DNA of 64,000 bases from Candidatus Azambacteria bacterium (GTDB taxonomy: Bacteria; Patescibacteriota; Minisyncoccia; GWC2-36-17; WO2-46-25), in NCBI GenBank assembly GCA_016200965.1, contig JACQDT010000021.1, positions 86 through 64,085 on the forward strand. The letters run 5' to 3'. A program made the position numbers and the translations under genes. Shown piece after piece: positions 47,662 to 57,565 of this stretch. A model generated the notes under the pieces. That model saw only the letters and a list, made by a program, of their open reading frames with translations. It was not told the origin of the DNA and did not search any database. Each line of letters opens with the position of its first letter. Positions within the stretch are counted from its first letter, which is position 1.

Positions 47662-48663
47662 CTATTTTGCAAATACGCTTCTGAACCTGTCCTTTATCTC
47701 GTTATAATTTTCTATTCCCGCTCTGGGATACAGCACATACGCGCTGGCGGCGAATCCGGACGCCAATAAACCATTTTGGGAATCGTCAAACACAATCCTG
47801 GCAAGATCCGCCTCGCTCATCGCTTTCGCATATTTCGTAAAACGCAACAAACTGATGAAGTCAATGTCAGTATCCACACCTTCGGAAAGCGCGTCAAGCA
47901 TTTTGCTTAATTTGATCGGATTGGCGAATACGCCGATACCCGCGACCTTATTGCCAAGCGCCGTTAGTACGTCCTGCTGTCTCCGCGCGCGGTCAAAATC
48001 GTTTGAAGAATAGCGGGAACGGGAGTAATACAGCGCCGTTTCTCCATTCATATGATTTACGCCTTTCGGCACTTGGAAATCAAATCCCCACTGCGCCGAC
48101 TCCGAGAAATCATTCGGCACGTATACGTCAATGCCCCCTACCATATCAATCAGTTTCATGAATGATGAGAAATTGACGGCAATCGCATAGTCGATATGCA
48201 CGCCTGCGACCCGCTCGACGACGCGCGTCGCTATCTGCAAACCGTCGTGAAGCGTCTGCTTTCCGTATGCGTACGCGAAATTGATCTTTTCCATCTTTCC
48301 CCAGCCCGGCACACGCACGTACAGATCGCGCGGAATGGAAAACAGCGCGGCTTTGTTGGCATCGGTTTTTATGGAAAGCACCATCATGGTATCCGTCAGA
48401 TATTCGCCGTTAAGCACATCCCCCTTCCCCCGCAGGCCCATGATGAGGATATTGACCCTGTTTTTCTCCTGATAGTCGTCCTGGTTGTCAACCTGAAACA
48501 CTTTTGAGAACATCTTTGTATTGATGAGGGAAAACGTCTTTTCAACTTTGAAAAGAAAAAAACTTACAAACAGCAAAACAAATACTGCCGCACACGCGCC
48601 AAGCCGTTTCATCCACGACCATTTCCGCACCGTTTGTACTATTTTTTTCGTGATAAATCGCAT
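47662..48663 (-). CDS. LCP (LytR-CpsA-Psr) family protein
   Basis: NILIMG, LTDTMM, SIPRD, KIN.AY, RSR..DFDRARRQQ. Confidence 0.93.
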   Translation of the reverse strand: MRFITKKIVQTVRKWSWMKRLGACAAVFVLLFVSFFLFKVEKTFSLINTKMFSKVFQVDNQDDYQEKNRVNILIMGLRGKGDVLNGEYLTDTMMVLSIKTDANKAALFSIPRDLYVRVPGWGKMEKINFAYAYGKQTLHDGLQIATRVVERVAGVHIDYAIAVNFSSFMKLIDMVGGIDVYVPNDFSESAQWGFDFQVPKGVNHMNGETALYYSRSRYSSNDFDRARRQQDVLTALGNKVAGIGVFANPIKLSKMLDALSEGVDTDIDFISLLRFTKYAKAMSEADLARIVFDDSQNGLLASGFAASAYVLYPRAGIENYNEIKDRFRSVFAK

Positions 48664-48669
48664 CTTATT

Positions 48670-49662
48670 TCATTGAAACCATTTCTCCATTTCCCGCCGC
48701 GCTATTTTTTTATGCGCCATGATATATCTCCGCTTCCTGAACACGCGCGGCAACAGATGAAACATGCGGGAAAGCGCTTGCAATACGAACGGTTCAAAAA
48801 TAATGACATAGCATAAAAGAAAAAATTCACGTACAAAAAAATATCGGAGATCTTTTAATTCGGAAATAAAAAAATCATTTTTGAGAAAAGTAAAATGCAG
48901 ATTTTGCCAGTCAAGCCGCCGCTTATGCGCGGGCACTGTTGTGCGCAATCGCATGAAATCAAACCAACTTCTGCTCAGCCGTTTCGTGGTCTGCCGGTCA
49001 TGAAAGGCAACCACGTCCGGCGCATAGTAGCTTTTCCACCCGAACAACCGCATCCGCCATCCCAAGTCGATATCGTCCGCATACCAAAAATAATCCTCGT
49101 CATGCGCTTCGCCCAGCACCTTGCTCTGTTCAAGCGCCTCGCGTCTCCAAAACGGCGCGGCACCCTCGTAGGAGAAAACCTCCCCTGCCTTGTATTGTCC
49201 TTTGTCTTTTTCCCCGTGCCCGCGATTAACGACCCTGCGCGATCTGAAAATTTCAAAACCGGTCGTATCGATCACATCCGTCGGTTTCCCGTCACGAAGC
49301 TGATAGATCTTCGCCTGCACAGCGCCGACATCGGGATGCGTTTCCATCGCCACGACGGCGTTTTTTACAAAGTCCTTGTCCAACATCACATCCACGCACA
49401 ACCCGAGAACATATTTCCCTTTTGTGAATTCAAGGCATTTATTCTGCCCCGGACCGAATCCGTAGTTTTGATGATTTTCAATCAACCGGAACTCAGAAAA
49501 TTCTTTCTTCACTATATCCTGGGTGCCATCGGTTGAATGATTGTCAAAGACCGTTAATGTAACGCTGTCGTATGTCTGCCTTTTGACCGCTTCCAAACAC
49601 TCTCTTATGTATTTTTTCCCGTTCCAGACGACGAGATTAATTGATACGAGCGGTTGTTCCAT
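48670..49662 (-). CDS. Glycosyltransferase family 2
   Basis: VWNG, DNHSTDGT, NYGF, DDIDLGWR. Confidence 0.9.
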   Translation of the reverse strand: MEQPLVSINLVVWNGKKYIRECLEAVKRQTYDSVTLTVFDNHSTDGTQDIVKKEFSEFRLIENHQNYGFGPGQNKCLEFTKGKYVLGLCVDVMLDKDFVKNAVVAMETHPDVGAVQAKIYQLRDGKPTDVIDTTGFEIFRSRRVVNRGHGEKDKGQYKAGEVFSYEGAAPFWRREALEQSKVLGEAHDEDYFWYADDIDLGWRMRLFGWKSYYAPDVVAFHDRQTTKRLSRSWFDFMRLRTTVPAHKRRLDWQNLHFTFLKNDFFISELKDLRYFFVREFFLLCYVIIFEPFVLQALSRMFHLLPRVFRKRRYIMAHKKIARREMEKWFQ

Positions 49663-51175
49663 AACGAGATGGGAGCGCGAAGATAACTCCCAGAAGGATC
49701 ATAAAAAGTAAAAATGCCCTTTCGTCAAAAACGGCAACATCCGTCATACTGTACCACAGTATCCACAAAAAATAAAGAAGGAAGTTAAGGCCGAAAAAAC
49801 TCATCAGGACATCCTCACGGCGCATGAAAAGGCGCCAACCCGCTTTCCATATTTCATATACGATACACATAAACAGGGCAAATCCGAATACGCCCAATTC
49901 CGCAAAGAAATTCAAATACAGATTGTGCGCCGACGCGCCCGCTTTGCTCGCGGTGGGATTTAACTTGAGTATGACGGGGAAATTCCCAACGCCCACCCCC
50001 AATAGCGGGTTGTTTTGTATTGAACCGATGGTCTTTTTCCAGATGAAAATCCTTCCCTGATTTGATGTCTCGCCTGTGTCCAATATGGACTTTATACGCT
50101 CCGCGAGCACCGCTCTTTCCGCCCCGGTTCCCGTGAGCTTGAACTGCGTTGAATTGAAGATAAAACTTGAGAGAAGAAGAAGAAGAAAAAATAAGATAAA
50201 CGGCGAAAATACCGCGGAGGGCAACTGGAATTTTTTCACAAAAAGATATCCTAAAAAAAGGAGGGGAAACAGCACGCTTGCCCATATGCCGCGCGTGCCG
50301 GAAAGCACCACCTCGGCGCACGCCAATGCGACAAGCAAGGAGACAAAAAACGTCTTCCGTAAAAACATCGCGAAACATATCACCATAAGAAGATACAACG
50401 GGAATGAATGGGTGTCCGGAAACGATGAAAACATGCGGAGGTGTATGGTGTCGTTGTAATACGCAAACCACGTATTGGCGTTGATGGCGATGTTGGCCCA
50501 TGCGGCGCCATACAACGTTTTATTCACTCCAAGCGCCCAAAATTCTGAAAAATTGTCCACGCCCATCGTATAGGCGGATATAAGCTGCAGCGCGCCGACC
50601 GCGATGACGACGCTTCCTCCAATAACCGCATTCCACGCTATCTTCACCGCATTTTCGCGATTCGCCGTCTGGCGCACCACGAAAAAAAGCATCCATAGGT
50701 TTGCAAAGTAAATAATGCGTTTTATGCCAAGTGTCGGATTTTCCGCGTTCACCAGGGAAAGAACGGACACAAGAAACAAAAGTAGGGCAAGCGTTTCCAC
50801 ACGCCACTCTTTCCACGCATACAACCATGCTCCCCAAAAACCCTGCCGCGCCTTTGAAAATAAGAGCGCGCAGCTGTTTAGGAATCCTGAAACGCGTTCA
50901 CCGACAAACAACCATCGCAAAAATAAAATGAGCACCGCCACACGCCACATGTTCAGCGAATCGAATGTTTCTGTAATGGGTAGCGCAACAAACACGGGGA
51001 TGGAGCGCGTAATGAAATACACCGACTCTTCAAGAGAACTAAATAACATAAAGAAGACGATTATCCCCGCCAAAAACAAAAAAACCTCCCGCGGGAAGAC
51101 GCCGAAAACAGCGAGCGTTACCGTCGCGACCTGCAGTGTAAATATAATATTCAATTTGGTGAAGTACGCATTCAT
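49637..51175 (-). CDS. O-antigen ligase/polymerase family membrane protein
   Basis: Multi-TM; SGTRG, GRIFIW, NPLLGVGVG, AHNLYL. Confidence 0.88.
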   Translation of the reverse strand: MNAYFTKLNIIFTLQVATVTLAVFGVFPREVFLFLAGIIVFFMLFSSLEESVYFITRSIPVFVALPITETFDSLNMWRVAVLILFLRWLFVGERVSGFLNSCALLFSKARQGFWGAWLYAWKEWRVETLALLLFLVSVLSLVNAENPTLGIKRIIYFANLWMLFFVVRQTANRENAVKIAWNAVIGGSVVIAVGALQLISAYTMGVDNFSEFWALGVNKTLYGAAWANIAINANTWFAYYNDTIHLRMFSSFPDTHSFPLYLLMVICFAMFLRKTFFVSLLVALACAEVVLSGTRGIWASVLFPLLFLGYLFVKKFQLPSAVFSPFILFFLLLLLSSFIFNSTQFKLTGTGAERAVLAERIKSILDTGETSNQGRIFIWKKTIGSIQNNPLLGVGVGNFPVILKLNPTASKAGASAHNLYLNFFAELGVFGFALFMCIVYEIWKAGWRLFMRREDVLMSFFGLNFLLYFLWILWYSMTDVAVFDERAFLLFMILLGVIFALPSRYGTTARIN

Positions 51176-52347
51176 CGGTGTTTCGTGCCTGTGAGATTAT
51201 AAAAGACATCGAAAAGTTTTTCAATATGCGCCTGCCACGTGAATTTCCTCAAGCGCGCCGCCTGCTCCCGTGCGATTGCCCGGCTATGAGCTTCATTTTC
51301 AAATACTTCGGTTAAACAAGCCGCGATCTTGCTGGGATCGGAGGGATCACCCACAAAAAATCCTTCTTCTCCGAAAAACTCGCGGGTCGTGGGCGTGTCC
51401 GCAATAACTGCGGGCGTGCCGCACAAAACCGCCTCAACAGGCGGGAGACCGAACGCTTCCTTTGAAGATACGTATACAAGCGCCTTCGCCTCGTTCATTA
51501 TATAGGGCATGACCTCGCGCGCAAGATAGCCGACGAGTACTACTGCCTTCCTTCCTTCCTTTCCATTCACTTTATCGACCGACGCTGCAAGTACCGGAGG
51601 ATCGTATTTATCCGTGCACGCGACAAGATACTGAAGGCGCGGATGGTGCGCCGCAACCCGCCCGAATGCTTCAATCGCCTCTTTGACATGCCTGCGCGGA
51701 AACGCTTGTCCCACGGAAACGATAAAATCATTTTCAATGCCAAACTTTTTCTTCAGCGCGCGCATATTCGCATCGTATTGAGCCGTATGCGCAAGCGCGC
51801 GAAACGACTCTTGAATGCTCCAGGGGTTCACGAAAATGCGTCCGTCCGGAATACCGTAAAACCGCTGTAACTCCTTTTTGGAAAATTCGGAAATAGTCAT
51901 GATGTGTGCGCGCTTCGCCGCCCACCAGCAAAAAAGCAAATACGATATCCTGTGCTTGAACGGAATGGTGCCGTGGTGCGCCTCCCAATAGACGTCGTTA
52001 ACCAGCACTACCACCGCTTTCCCGACAAAAAACGCGGGCAACATATTGCTCGGGAACAAAAACACGTCAATGACGTCCATCCAATACCGCAGCGGTAAGA
52101 GGATGTGATAAAACACGTTGAAGCTCAGATTGAACAATCCCTTCCCTTGCATCAGCACTCTTTTTTCAAACACGGGATGATCCAAAAATGCGTCGCCGGG
52201 TAATTTTTCCTTGAAATACAATACAAACCGAAAATGCCTTTGCACATCGGGCACTTTTGTCATTGCCTCCAGAAGCTGGGCGAGGGTATGCCCTATCCCG
52301 AACCGATTCTGCTCCAATTGCTCGCATTCAATGCCGACGCGTATCAT
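51172..52347 (-). CDS. Glycosyltransferase family 4
   Basis: ISEFSK, EAFGLPPVEA. Confidence 0.9.
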   Translation of the reverse strand: MIRVGIECEQLEQNRFGIGHTLAQLLEAMTKVPDVQRHFRFVLYFKEKLPGDAFLDHPVFEKRVLMQGKGLFNLSFNVFYHILLPLRYWMDVIDVFLFPSNMLPAFFVGKAVVVLVNDVYWEAHHGTIPFKHRISYLLFCWWAAKRAHIMTISEFSKKELQRFYGIPDGRIFVNPWSIQESFRALAHTAQYDANMRALKKKFGIENDFIVSVGQAFPRRHVKEAIEAFGRVAAHHPRLQYLVACTDKYDPPVLAASVDKVNGKEGRKAVVLVGYLAREVMPYIMNEAKALVYVSSKEAFGLPPVEAVLCGTPAVIADTPTTREFFGEEGFFVGDPSDPSKIAACLTEVFENEAHSRAIAREQAARLRKFTWQAHIEKLFDVFYNLTGTKHR

Positions 52348-52382
52348 ATATCAATAATGGTACGGCATCATGTAAAAAAGAT

Positions 52383-52415
52383 AAAGCGCGGAAAGATTCT
52401 CTCTTCCCGCGCTTT
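52383..52415 (-). terminator. Rho-independent terminator
   Basis: AAAGCGCGG...CCGCGCTTT inverted repeat. Confidence 0.7.
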
Positions 52416-52420
52416 GTAAC

Positions 52421-52930
52421 TTAATATACCCGTCCTTTCACCCCGAATGCGATTTTGCTGAATGCTTTAAATGGAATATTTGCAAGACATAACAAGTGCA
52501 ATTCCATTAAAGCCTCTTTGACTTTTTCAATCGCGCTCAAAGAATTCGCCTCCGCTTTCTTTATTCCCACATCGACCAAAAGATTAACCTCATCCATGTT
52601 GGAAAGGATCTTTTTGGCAATTTCCTGGATATCTTGAACTGCACCGTTATTTCTTGTTCCCGTATAATAACCACGCGGAACGGTTCCCTGTACTACGCAT
52701 GCAATATGAACTTCTACATGTGTTTTTTCTATCGCCGCGATACAGCGTGAGAGTCGCCAAAGCGCAAGCCCTATTCGTTCGCGCAATTTTCGTCCCAGTA
52801 ATATACTCCTCTCCTTGCCATTATCCGCTCTTACCAAATCAATCATATCCACGTTGATATAGCGCACCGCCCACGTCAGAAACGAAATACCAACGAGAAT
52901 GAAAAAAAGAATAAAAACAAGAAAATACAT
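52421..52930 (-). CDS. Orphan membrane-anchored hypothetical protein
   Basis: N-terminal TM helix, own terminator. Confidence 0.6.
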   Translation of the reverse strand: MYFLVFILFFILVGISFLTWAVRYINVDMIDLVRADNGKERSILLGRKLRERIGLALWRLSRCIAAIEKTHVEVHIACVVQGTVPRGYYTGTRNNGAVQDIQEIAKKILSNMDEVNLLVDVGIKKAEANSLSAIEKVKEALMELHLLCLANIPFKAFSKIAFGVKGRVY

Positions 52931-53039
52931 AGCCCACCGCCCTTTCTTTTGTATGGTTTTTAAATGAACGGTCCGAAACTCATATTGCTATGGCTACAAT
53001 GGTAACACCTGAATGGAAAATATCAATGTCACGCAAGTA

Positions 53040-53068
53040 TTGACAAACATGGAAAATGAGTGTATACT
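53040..53068 (+). promoter_or_regulatory. Near-consensus sigma70 promoter
   Basis: TTGACA-17-TATACT. Confidence 0.8.
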
Positions 53069-53103
53069 TAAGTTATAAAAAAATCAAACGAGAGGAGGGA
53101 AAA

Positions 53104-53382
53104 ATGAGCGCCAGCCAAGGCAAAATCGTCAGAGATATTGGTTGGATGTGCCAGGAGCCGGTCTGCCATAAACCCGTTGGGAAGATTAAAAAGTTCTGTC
53201 CGTGGTGCGGGACAGAAAACCCTCATTTTGATGAGGATGAATGTGAATACCGGTTGGGAGCCCTGCGAAGAAGAAAAAAGGATTGTACATACGGGCATCC
53301 CACAGCAAAAGAAAGCAGGAGAGAATTTCCCGGTCAGGCGTATTGCTTTCTTTGTGGAGTATTCATCGGGACTGAAAACTGA
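53104..53382 (+). CDS. Small Cys-rich zinc-ribbon protein
   Basis: CQEPVC, CPWCG, CTYGH, CFLCG; GGAGG SD. Confidence 0.7.
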   Translation: MSASQGKIVRDIGWMCQEPVCHKPVGKIKKFCPWCGTENPHFDEDECEYRLGALRRRKKDCTYGHPTAKESRREFPGQAYCFLCGVFIGTEN

Positions 53383-53385
53383 AAC

Positions 53386-53418
53386 GAATGGCCCAACCAA
53401 AATTTGGTTGGGCCATTC
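53386..53418. terminator. Strong hairpin between convergent genes
   Basis: GAATGGCCCAACCAAA / TTTGGTTGGGCCATTC. Confidence 0.75.
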
Positions 53419-53435
53419 TGCTTTTTGTCCGTATG

Positions 53436-56054
53436 CTAATATGCTTTCTCAACGCTCACTCCTTTGTAATAGTAGGCCAGAATATCCTTATACGTCTTCC
53501 CAAGCTCCGCAAGACGCCGCGCGCCTGCCGCGCTCATGCCCACGCCGTGGCTTGCTTTTTGTACGGCCGCGTCGCGACGAATCGTTCCCTCCGGATCCCT
53601 CACTCCTCCTGAAAGATACGCGTAATCCGGCGAGCAAAATTCTCCGCCAAACGCGGTGCAGGCGTTTTTCGTGACGCCCCCGGAATCGGAGGAATATACT
53701 GCCCGGGCAATTTTCCCATTATACTTCATCGCTTCTCCCGCGGTCGCCTCCTGGGCCTGAACAAGTTTTGGCGCATACTGCTCCCACCCGTATCCCTTAT
53801 ATACCTGATCTGAGGACGTACTGCCCAAATGAAAGACCTCACCCTTATATTTCCCTCCGTTATCCAGATGAAAAAGCGCGTAACTGCGAGCGGCAACCGC
53901 AAACGCTTTTTGATACTCCGGATGATCTGAGTTTAACGCCTCACCGATACCGGCAAGATATTTTTCAAGCGGGAGTTCGTTCACCATCCATACTTTTTTT
54001 GACACGGGAGAATACGCCAGTTCAAGATTCCCGCGGAAAGAATTGAAATTAACCGATTTGTTCCAATTATATAAACTGTAGCTTGCGACGGTAAAGATCG
54101 TGCCGTCGCTCTGCGCGGTGAATGTTGTGTTACCCGCCATTTTCCAATTGACGACCGCAATATCTCCCGCTCCGTATTCCTTCTGACCGCCCCCCGCAAA
54201 AAAAGTTTTAAACGCCCCGTTTGCGCTCACCGATACATTTTCATCCTCGCTCACGCTAAATAATCCGATCCGTATGTTGCGATCTGATGACTGTTGCTCC
54301 TCCGACGGCAGTGAAACGCTTATTTTTTGCGCAACCGGCACCTTCCCTTGCGTAATATTTTTCCAGTCCTCCGGTGCGGCGACTGCAGGGCCGTCCGGGT
54401 AGCGCGCCAGATTTTCAACGCTCAACTGCACCGTTTTGGCGATCTTGAACCCCGATTTCTGTAATATATCGTACTGGGTTATCCAATGTTTTTTGCCGCC
54501 GAACACCGCATACAATTCCGGCCGCGGCGCGGCGCGTACCAGCGTGCCATTGGGAAGCAACAACTCCCCCTTATCCGGATAAAGGTCAAAATCCTTTTGG
54601 GAAATAATCGCTATTTTTGTACGGCTAAATTTCCAGCGGTCAAACATTTCCCATGAAGGTATGAGTTTTCTTCCCCCGTCGGCAATAACATAATTGGGTG
54701 CGGATGCTTTATAGGAAAGCGATACAAGTGTATTATCGGGAAGCCCGACCACGCCGTCGGAAGGATACTCTTCAAGTTCCGTTTCAAACACGGATACCAC
54801 GTTCTTCTGTTTGAATTTGCGCTGTTGGAATATCTTTTGCGAAAGAATATGGCGCTTCTTGCCCCCATTGCCGACCAGGTACGTCTTTCCGCTCTTTGCA
54901 GAGGCAAGCAATGTCCCGTCGGGAAATACGATCGGATTTCCTTTTGCGTATCCGAGCAGTTCCCTGTCTGAAAGCACCCGCACGTCCCCCAGCGAATATC
55001 CCAGCCGTTTAAATAATACGGCGGAAGTGATGTGACGGCGTTTCCCGTCTTCTATTTTATATATTTCTCCGCGCGTGCGGCTTTTTATGAGCGTACCGTC
55101 CGGCAACACGGTCTTATTTTCTTCGGGAAAAAGATATAGTTGGTTACTGTTGATTGCTACCGCCTGATCACCTGTATTCGTCAATTTCTTTATCACTCCT
55201 CCCACGACATCAAAGACCTGCGAAGTCCCCTGCTCTACATAGTGTAATCCCGCATATTTTTCTTTCCATACGCTTGCTTCCTGCCGAAGACGGCTCATAT
55301 CAAGCACGCCCGGATCGGAATTGGTTACCTCGATTTCCTTGTGTCCCAAAACCACCGGCCCGGTGAAAGAAGACGAGAAGCTCCCGAACTGCGGGTCGCA
55401 CTTTCCATTCAGTTTCGGATTTGCCCATATCAGGGTGGTCTTTGACAGTTCGGCGGGCTGGATCCCGTTAGTGGCGGAAAGCCACCCTACGAGTTTGGAA
55501 AGCGATGCAAATGCGGCGGCGGGAACCTGCGTATTGGCATAATTGCCCAGCAACACTATCCCGATGGTGCCCACGTTGAAATTACGGCATGTTTTTGAAT
55601 CATACACATGCGCGCCGCGCGCCCCGTTGCCCCCGTAACGCGCTTCATAAATATTCCCTTTGCGGTCAACGATATACTGATACCCGATATCTCCCCATCC
55701 GCGGATCACGGCGTGATTGCGGTAAATGCTCTGGATAACCTCAATCGGATTGACCGTATCGCTATTGCAACGGGAGCTGCTTGGCGGACAGCCGGCATCA
55801 TGGATGACAATGCGTTCCACTGGCGCATAATCCGGGATAGCTTCATTGCTGTTGGGATTCCCGTTTTCCGGGGAGTTGGCATCTTTATCTTCCGGCGCCC
55901 ATTGCAAGATGCCGGAAAGCGCCGCGCTATTTTCCCATGTTTCCCGCGGCAGTATCAACGGCACATCGGAATCCGCGTATGTTCCCGCAGATCCGGCAAA
56001 GGGAAATGCGGCAAAAACAAGCGCGAAGATAATAATGTAAATATTATTTAACAT
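53436..56054 (-). CDS. Secreted cell-wall hydrolase: Amidase_2/PGRP domain, about 60-aa repeats, SpoIID/LytB domain
   Basis: IVIHDAG, GWGDIGYQY, GAHV, VNELPLEKYLAG, AVAARSYA, DQVYKG, HGVGMS. Confidence 0.85.
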   Translation of the reverse strand: MLNNIYIIIFALVFAAFPFAGSAGTYADSDVPLILPRETWENSAALSGILQWAPEDKDANSPENGNPNSNEAIPDYAPVERIVIHDAGCPPSSSRCNSDTVNPIEVIQSIYRNHAVIRGWGDIGYQYIVDRKGNIYEARYGGNGARGAHVYDSKTCRNFNVGTIGIVLLGNYANTQVPAAAFASLSKLVGWLSATNGIQPAELSKTTLIWANPKLNGKCDPQFGSFSSSFTGPVVLGHKEIEVTNSDPGVLDMSRLRQEASVWKEKYAGLHYVEQGTSQVFDVVGGVIKKLTNTGDQAVAINSNQLYLFPEENKTVLPDGTLIKSRTRGEIYKIEDGKRRHITSAVLFKRLGYSLGDVRVLSDRELLGYAKGNPIVFPDGTLLASAKSGKTYLVGNGGKKRHILSQKIFQQRKFKQKNVVSVFETELEEYPSDGVVGLPDNTLVSLSYKASAPNYVIADGGRKLIPSWEMFDRWKFSRTKIAIISQKDFDLYPDKGELLLPNGTLVRAAPRPELYAVFGGKKHWITQYDILQKSGFKIAKTVQLSVENLARYPDGPAVAAPEDWKNITQGKVPVAQKISVSLPSEEQQSSDRNIRIGLFSVSEDENVSVSANGAFKTFFAGGGQKEYGAGDIAVVNWKMAGNTTFTAQSDGTIFTVASYSLYNWNKSVNFNSFRGNLELAYSPVSKKVWMVNELPLEKYLAGIGEALNSDHPEYQKAFAVAARSYALFHLDNGGKYKGEVFHLGSTSSDQVYKGYGWEQYAPKLVQAQEATAGEAMKYNGKIARAVYSSDSGGVTKNACTAFGGEFCSPDYAYLSGGVRDPEGTIRRDAAVQKASHGVGMSAAGARRLAELGKTYKDILAYYYKGVSVEKAY

Positions 56055-56796
56055 GTGTACTTCTCTGTTTTGGTTTTAACATTGCTTCGCGAAATACCAG
56101 GAAAGGAAAAATTATCACCGCATTCACTATCCGCTTAAACCGCTTCCGCGGTTCCCGCACAAAACGCCACAACCATTCCAATCCCGCCTTTTGCATGAAT
56201 CGCGGAGCGCGAGGCGTTGCACCAGAAAGCATGTCAAACGCGCCTCCCACTGCCATCGCCACACGAATCCTTGATAAGTGCCGTAAATGATGGAATATCC
56301 ATTCCTCCTGCAAAGGAGAACCGAGACCAACAAACACCACATCCGCGCGGTGAAGCGCCCGGTTTTCCTTCCACATCTTAAGACCTTCAAAGCCATCGCA
56401 CCACCCCGCAACCTCCAATGCCGGAAACATACGCTGTATCGCCATAGACGCTCCTTGCGCCGTGCCGTTTCTTCCTCCAAGAAAAAATACGGATTTCCCA
56501 AGCCGTGAAGCGTCTTGGCACACGCGGAGCATCAAATCAGCCCCTGCAATTCGTTCCCTGAAAGATGCGCCGACCAATCGTCCGAATAATTTCAATCCAA
56601 AACCGTCGGGAAATAAAAGATTCGCGCTTTGCACTATATCACGGAATGCCTTATCGCGGGACGCGGCCACGAGTATTTCCGGATTGCAATAAAACACCGC
56701 CCGCGCCCATGCGGACGAATACATCTGGACAATCCGTGTAGCCGCTTCATCGAGCGTCACGTCGTCTATGGATACTTCTAAAACTTTGTATCGCAT
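56044..56796 (-). CDS. WecB/TagA/CpsF family glycosyltransferase
   Basis: NPE, PDGFG, RIAGADL, VGLGSPLQE, GLEWLWR. Confidence 0.93.
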   Translation of the reverse strand: MRYKVLEVSIDDVTLDEAATRIVQMYSSAWARAVFYCNPEILVAASRDKAFRDIVQSANLLFPDGFGLKLFGRLVGASFRERIAGADLMLRVCQDASRLGKSVFFLGGRNGTAQGASMAIQRMFPALEVAGWCDGFEGLKMWKENRALHRADVVFVGLGSPLQEEWIFHHLRHLSRIRVAMAVGGAFDMLSGATPRAPRFMQKAGLEWLWRFVREPRKRFKRIVNAVIIFPFLVFREAMLKPKQRSTHVK

Positions 56797-56841
56797 CTAC
56801 TTTCATTTTAACAAAAATTGCGGTATCATAAAAGAACATAT

Positions 56842-57072
56842 ATGGCCGTCCACAACGAATTTCAGGATTTTGCAGACCGCCACTACCAATGGCTCGGAGG
56901 ACGAAAACACTTCGGGTATTTAGTGAAAATGGCAAAAAAATTCGGGGTATCGCGCTGTGATGAAATCATCTCCATGATGAAACATGAAAAAGAATTGAAG
57001 AAAGAAAGCAGGATCAAGTATTTCAACGCCTGCTTTCGCACTCCGCCGGCGAAGAAACAAAAAACAGAGTGA
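56842..57072 (+). CDS. Small basic hypothetical protein
   Basis: ORF abutting def; HNEFQDFA. Confidence 0.6.
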   Translation: MAVHNEFQDFADRHYQWLGGRKHFGYLVKMAKKFGVSRCDEIISMMKHEKELKKESRIKYFNACFRTPPAKKQKTE

Positions 57073-57073
57073 C

Positions 57074-57565
57074 ATGACAATACTTACCATCGAAACCGAA
57101 CTCAAAGGGAAAAACAAGATCCTCAGGGCGACATCAAAAGAAGTGAAAGATATCAAAAGCCCCGGGGTGCAAAAACTCGTGCGCGATATGCATAAAACGC
57201 TCGCCGCGACCGAACACGGCATCGGGCTTGCCGCGCCGCAGGTGGGAGCGAATGTGAGGATCTTCGTCGCTTCTCCGGCGCTTGGTTTGAATCAAACCGT
57301 CTTCATCAATCCCATCATCCTCAAAATCTCAAATAAAACGGAGCAGATAGAAGAAGGGTGCCTTTCCTTGCCGGGACTCTACGGGAAAATCGCGCGCGCA
57401 ACCTCACTGAAAGTTCAAGCCCAAAACCAAAACGGCAGAATATTCAAAATGAAAGCAGAGGGGCTTATCGCCCAGCTCATCCAGCACGAAATCGGCCACC
57501 TGGACGGCGAACTTTTCAAAGACAAGGCCCAGGAACTGTTTCCGGTGAACAAAGAAAAGAAATGA
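57074..57565 (+). CDS. def: Peptide deformylase
   Basis: GIGLAAPQVG, EGCLS, QHEIGHLDG. Confidence 0.93.
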   Translation: MTILTIETELKGKNKILRATSKEVKDIKSPGVQKLVRDMHKTLAATEHGIGLAAPQVGANVRIFVASPALGLNQTVFINPIILKISNKTEQIEEGCLSLPGLYGKIARATSLKVQAQNQNGRIFKMKAEGLIAQLIQHEIGHLDGELFKDKAQELFPVNKEKK

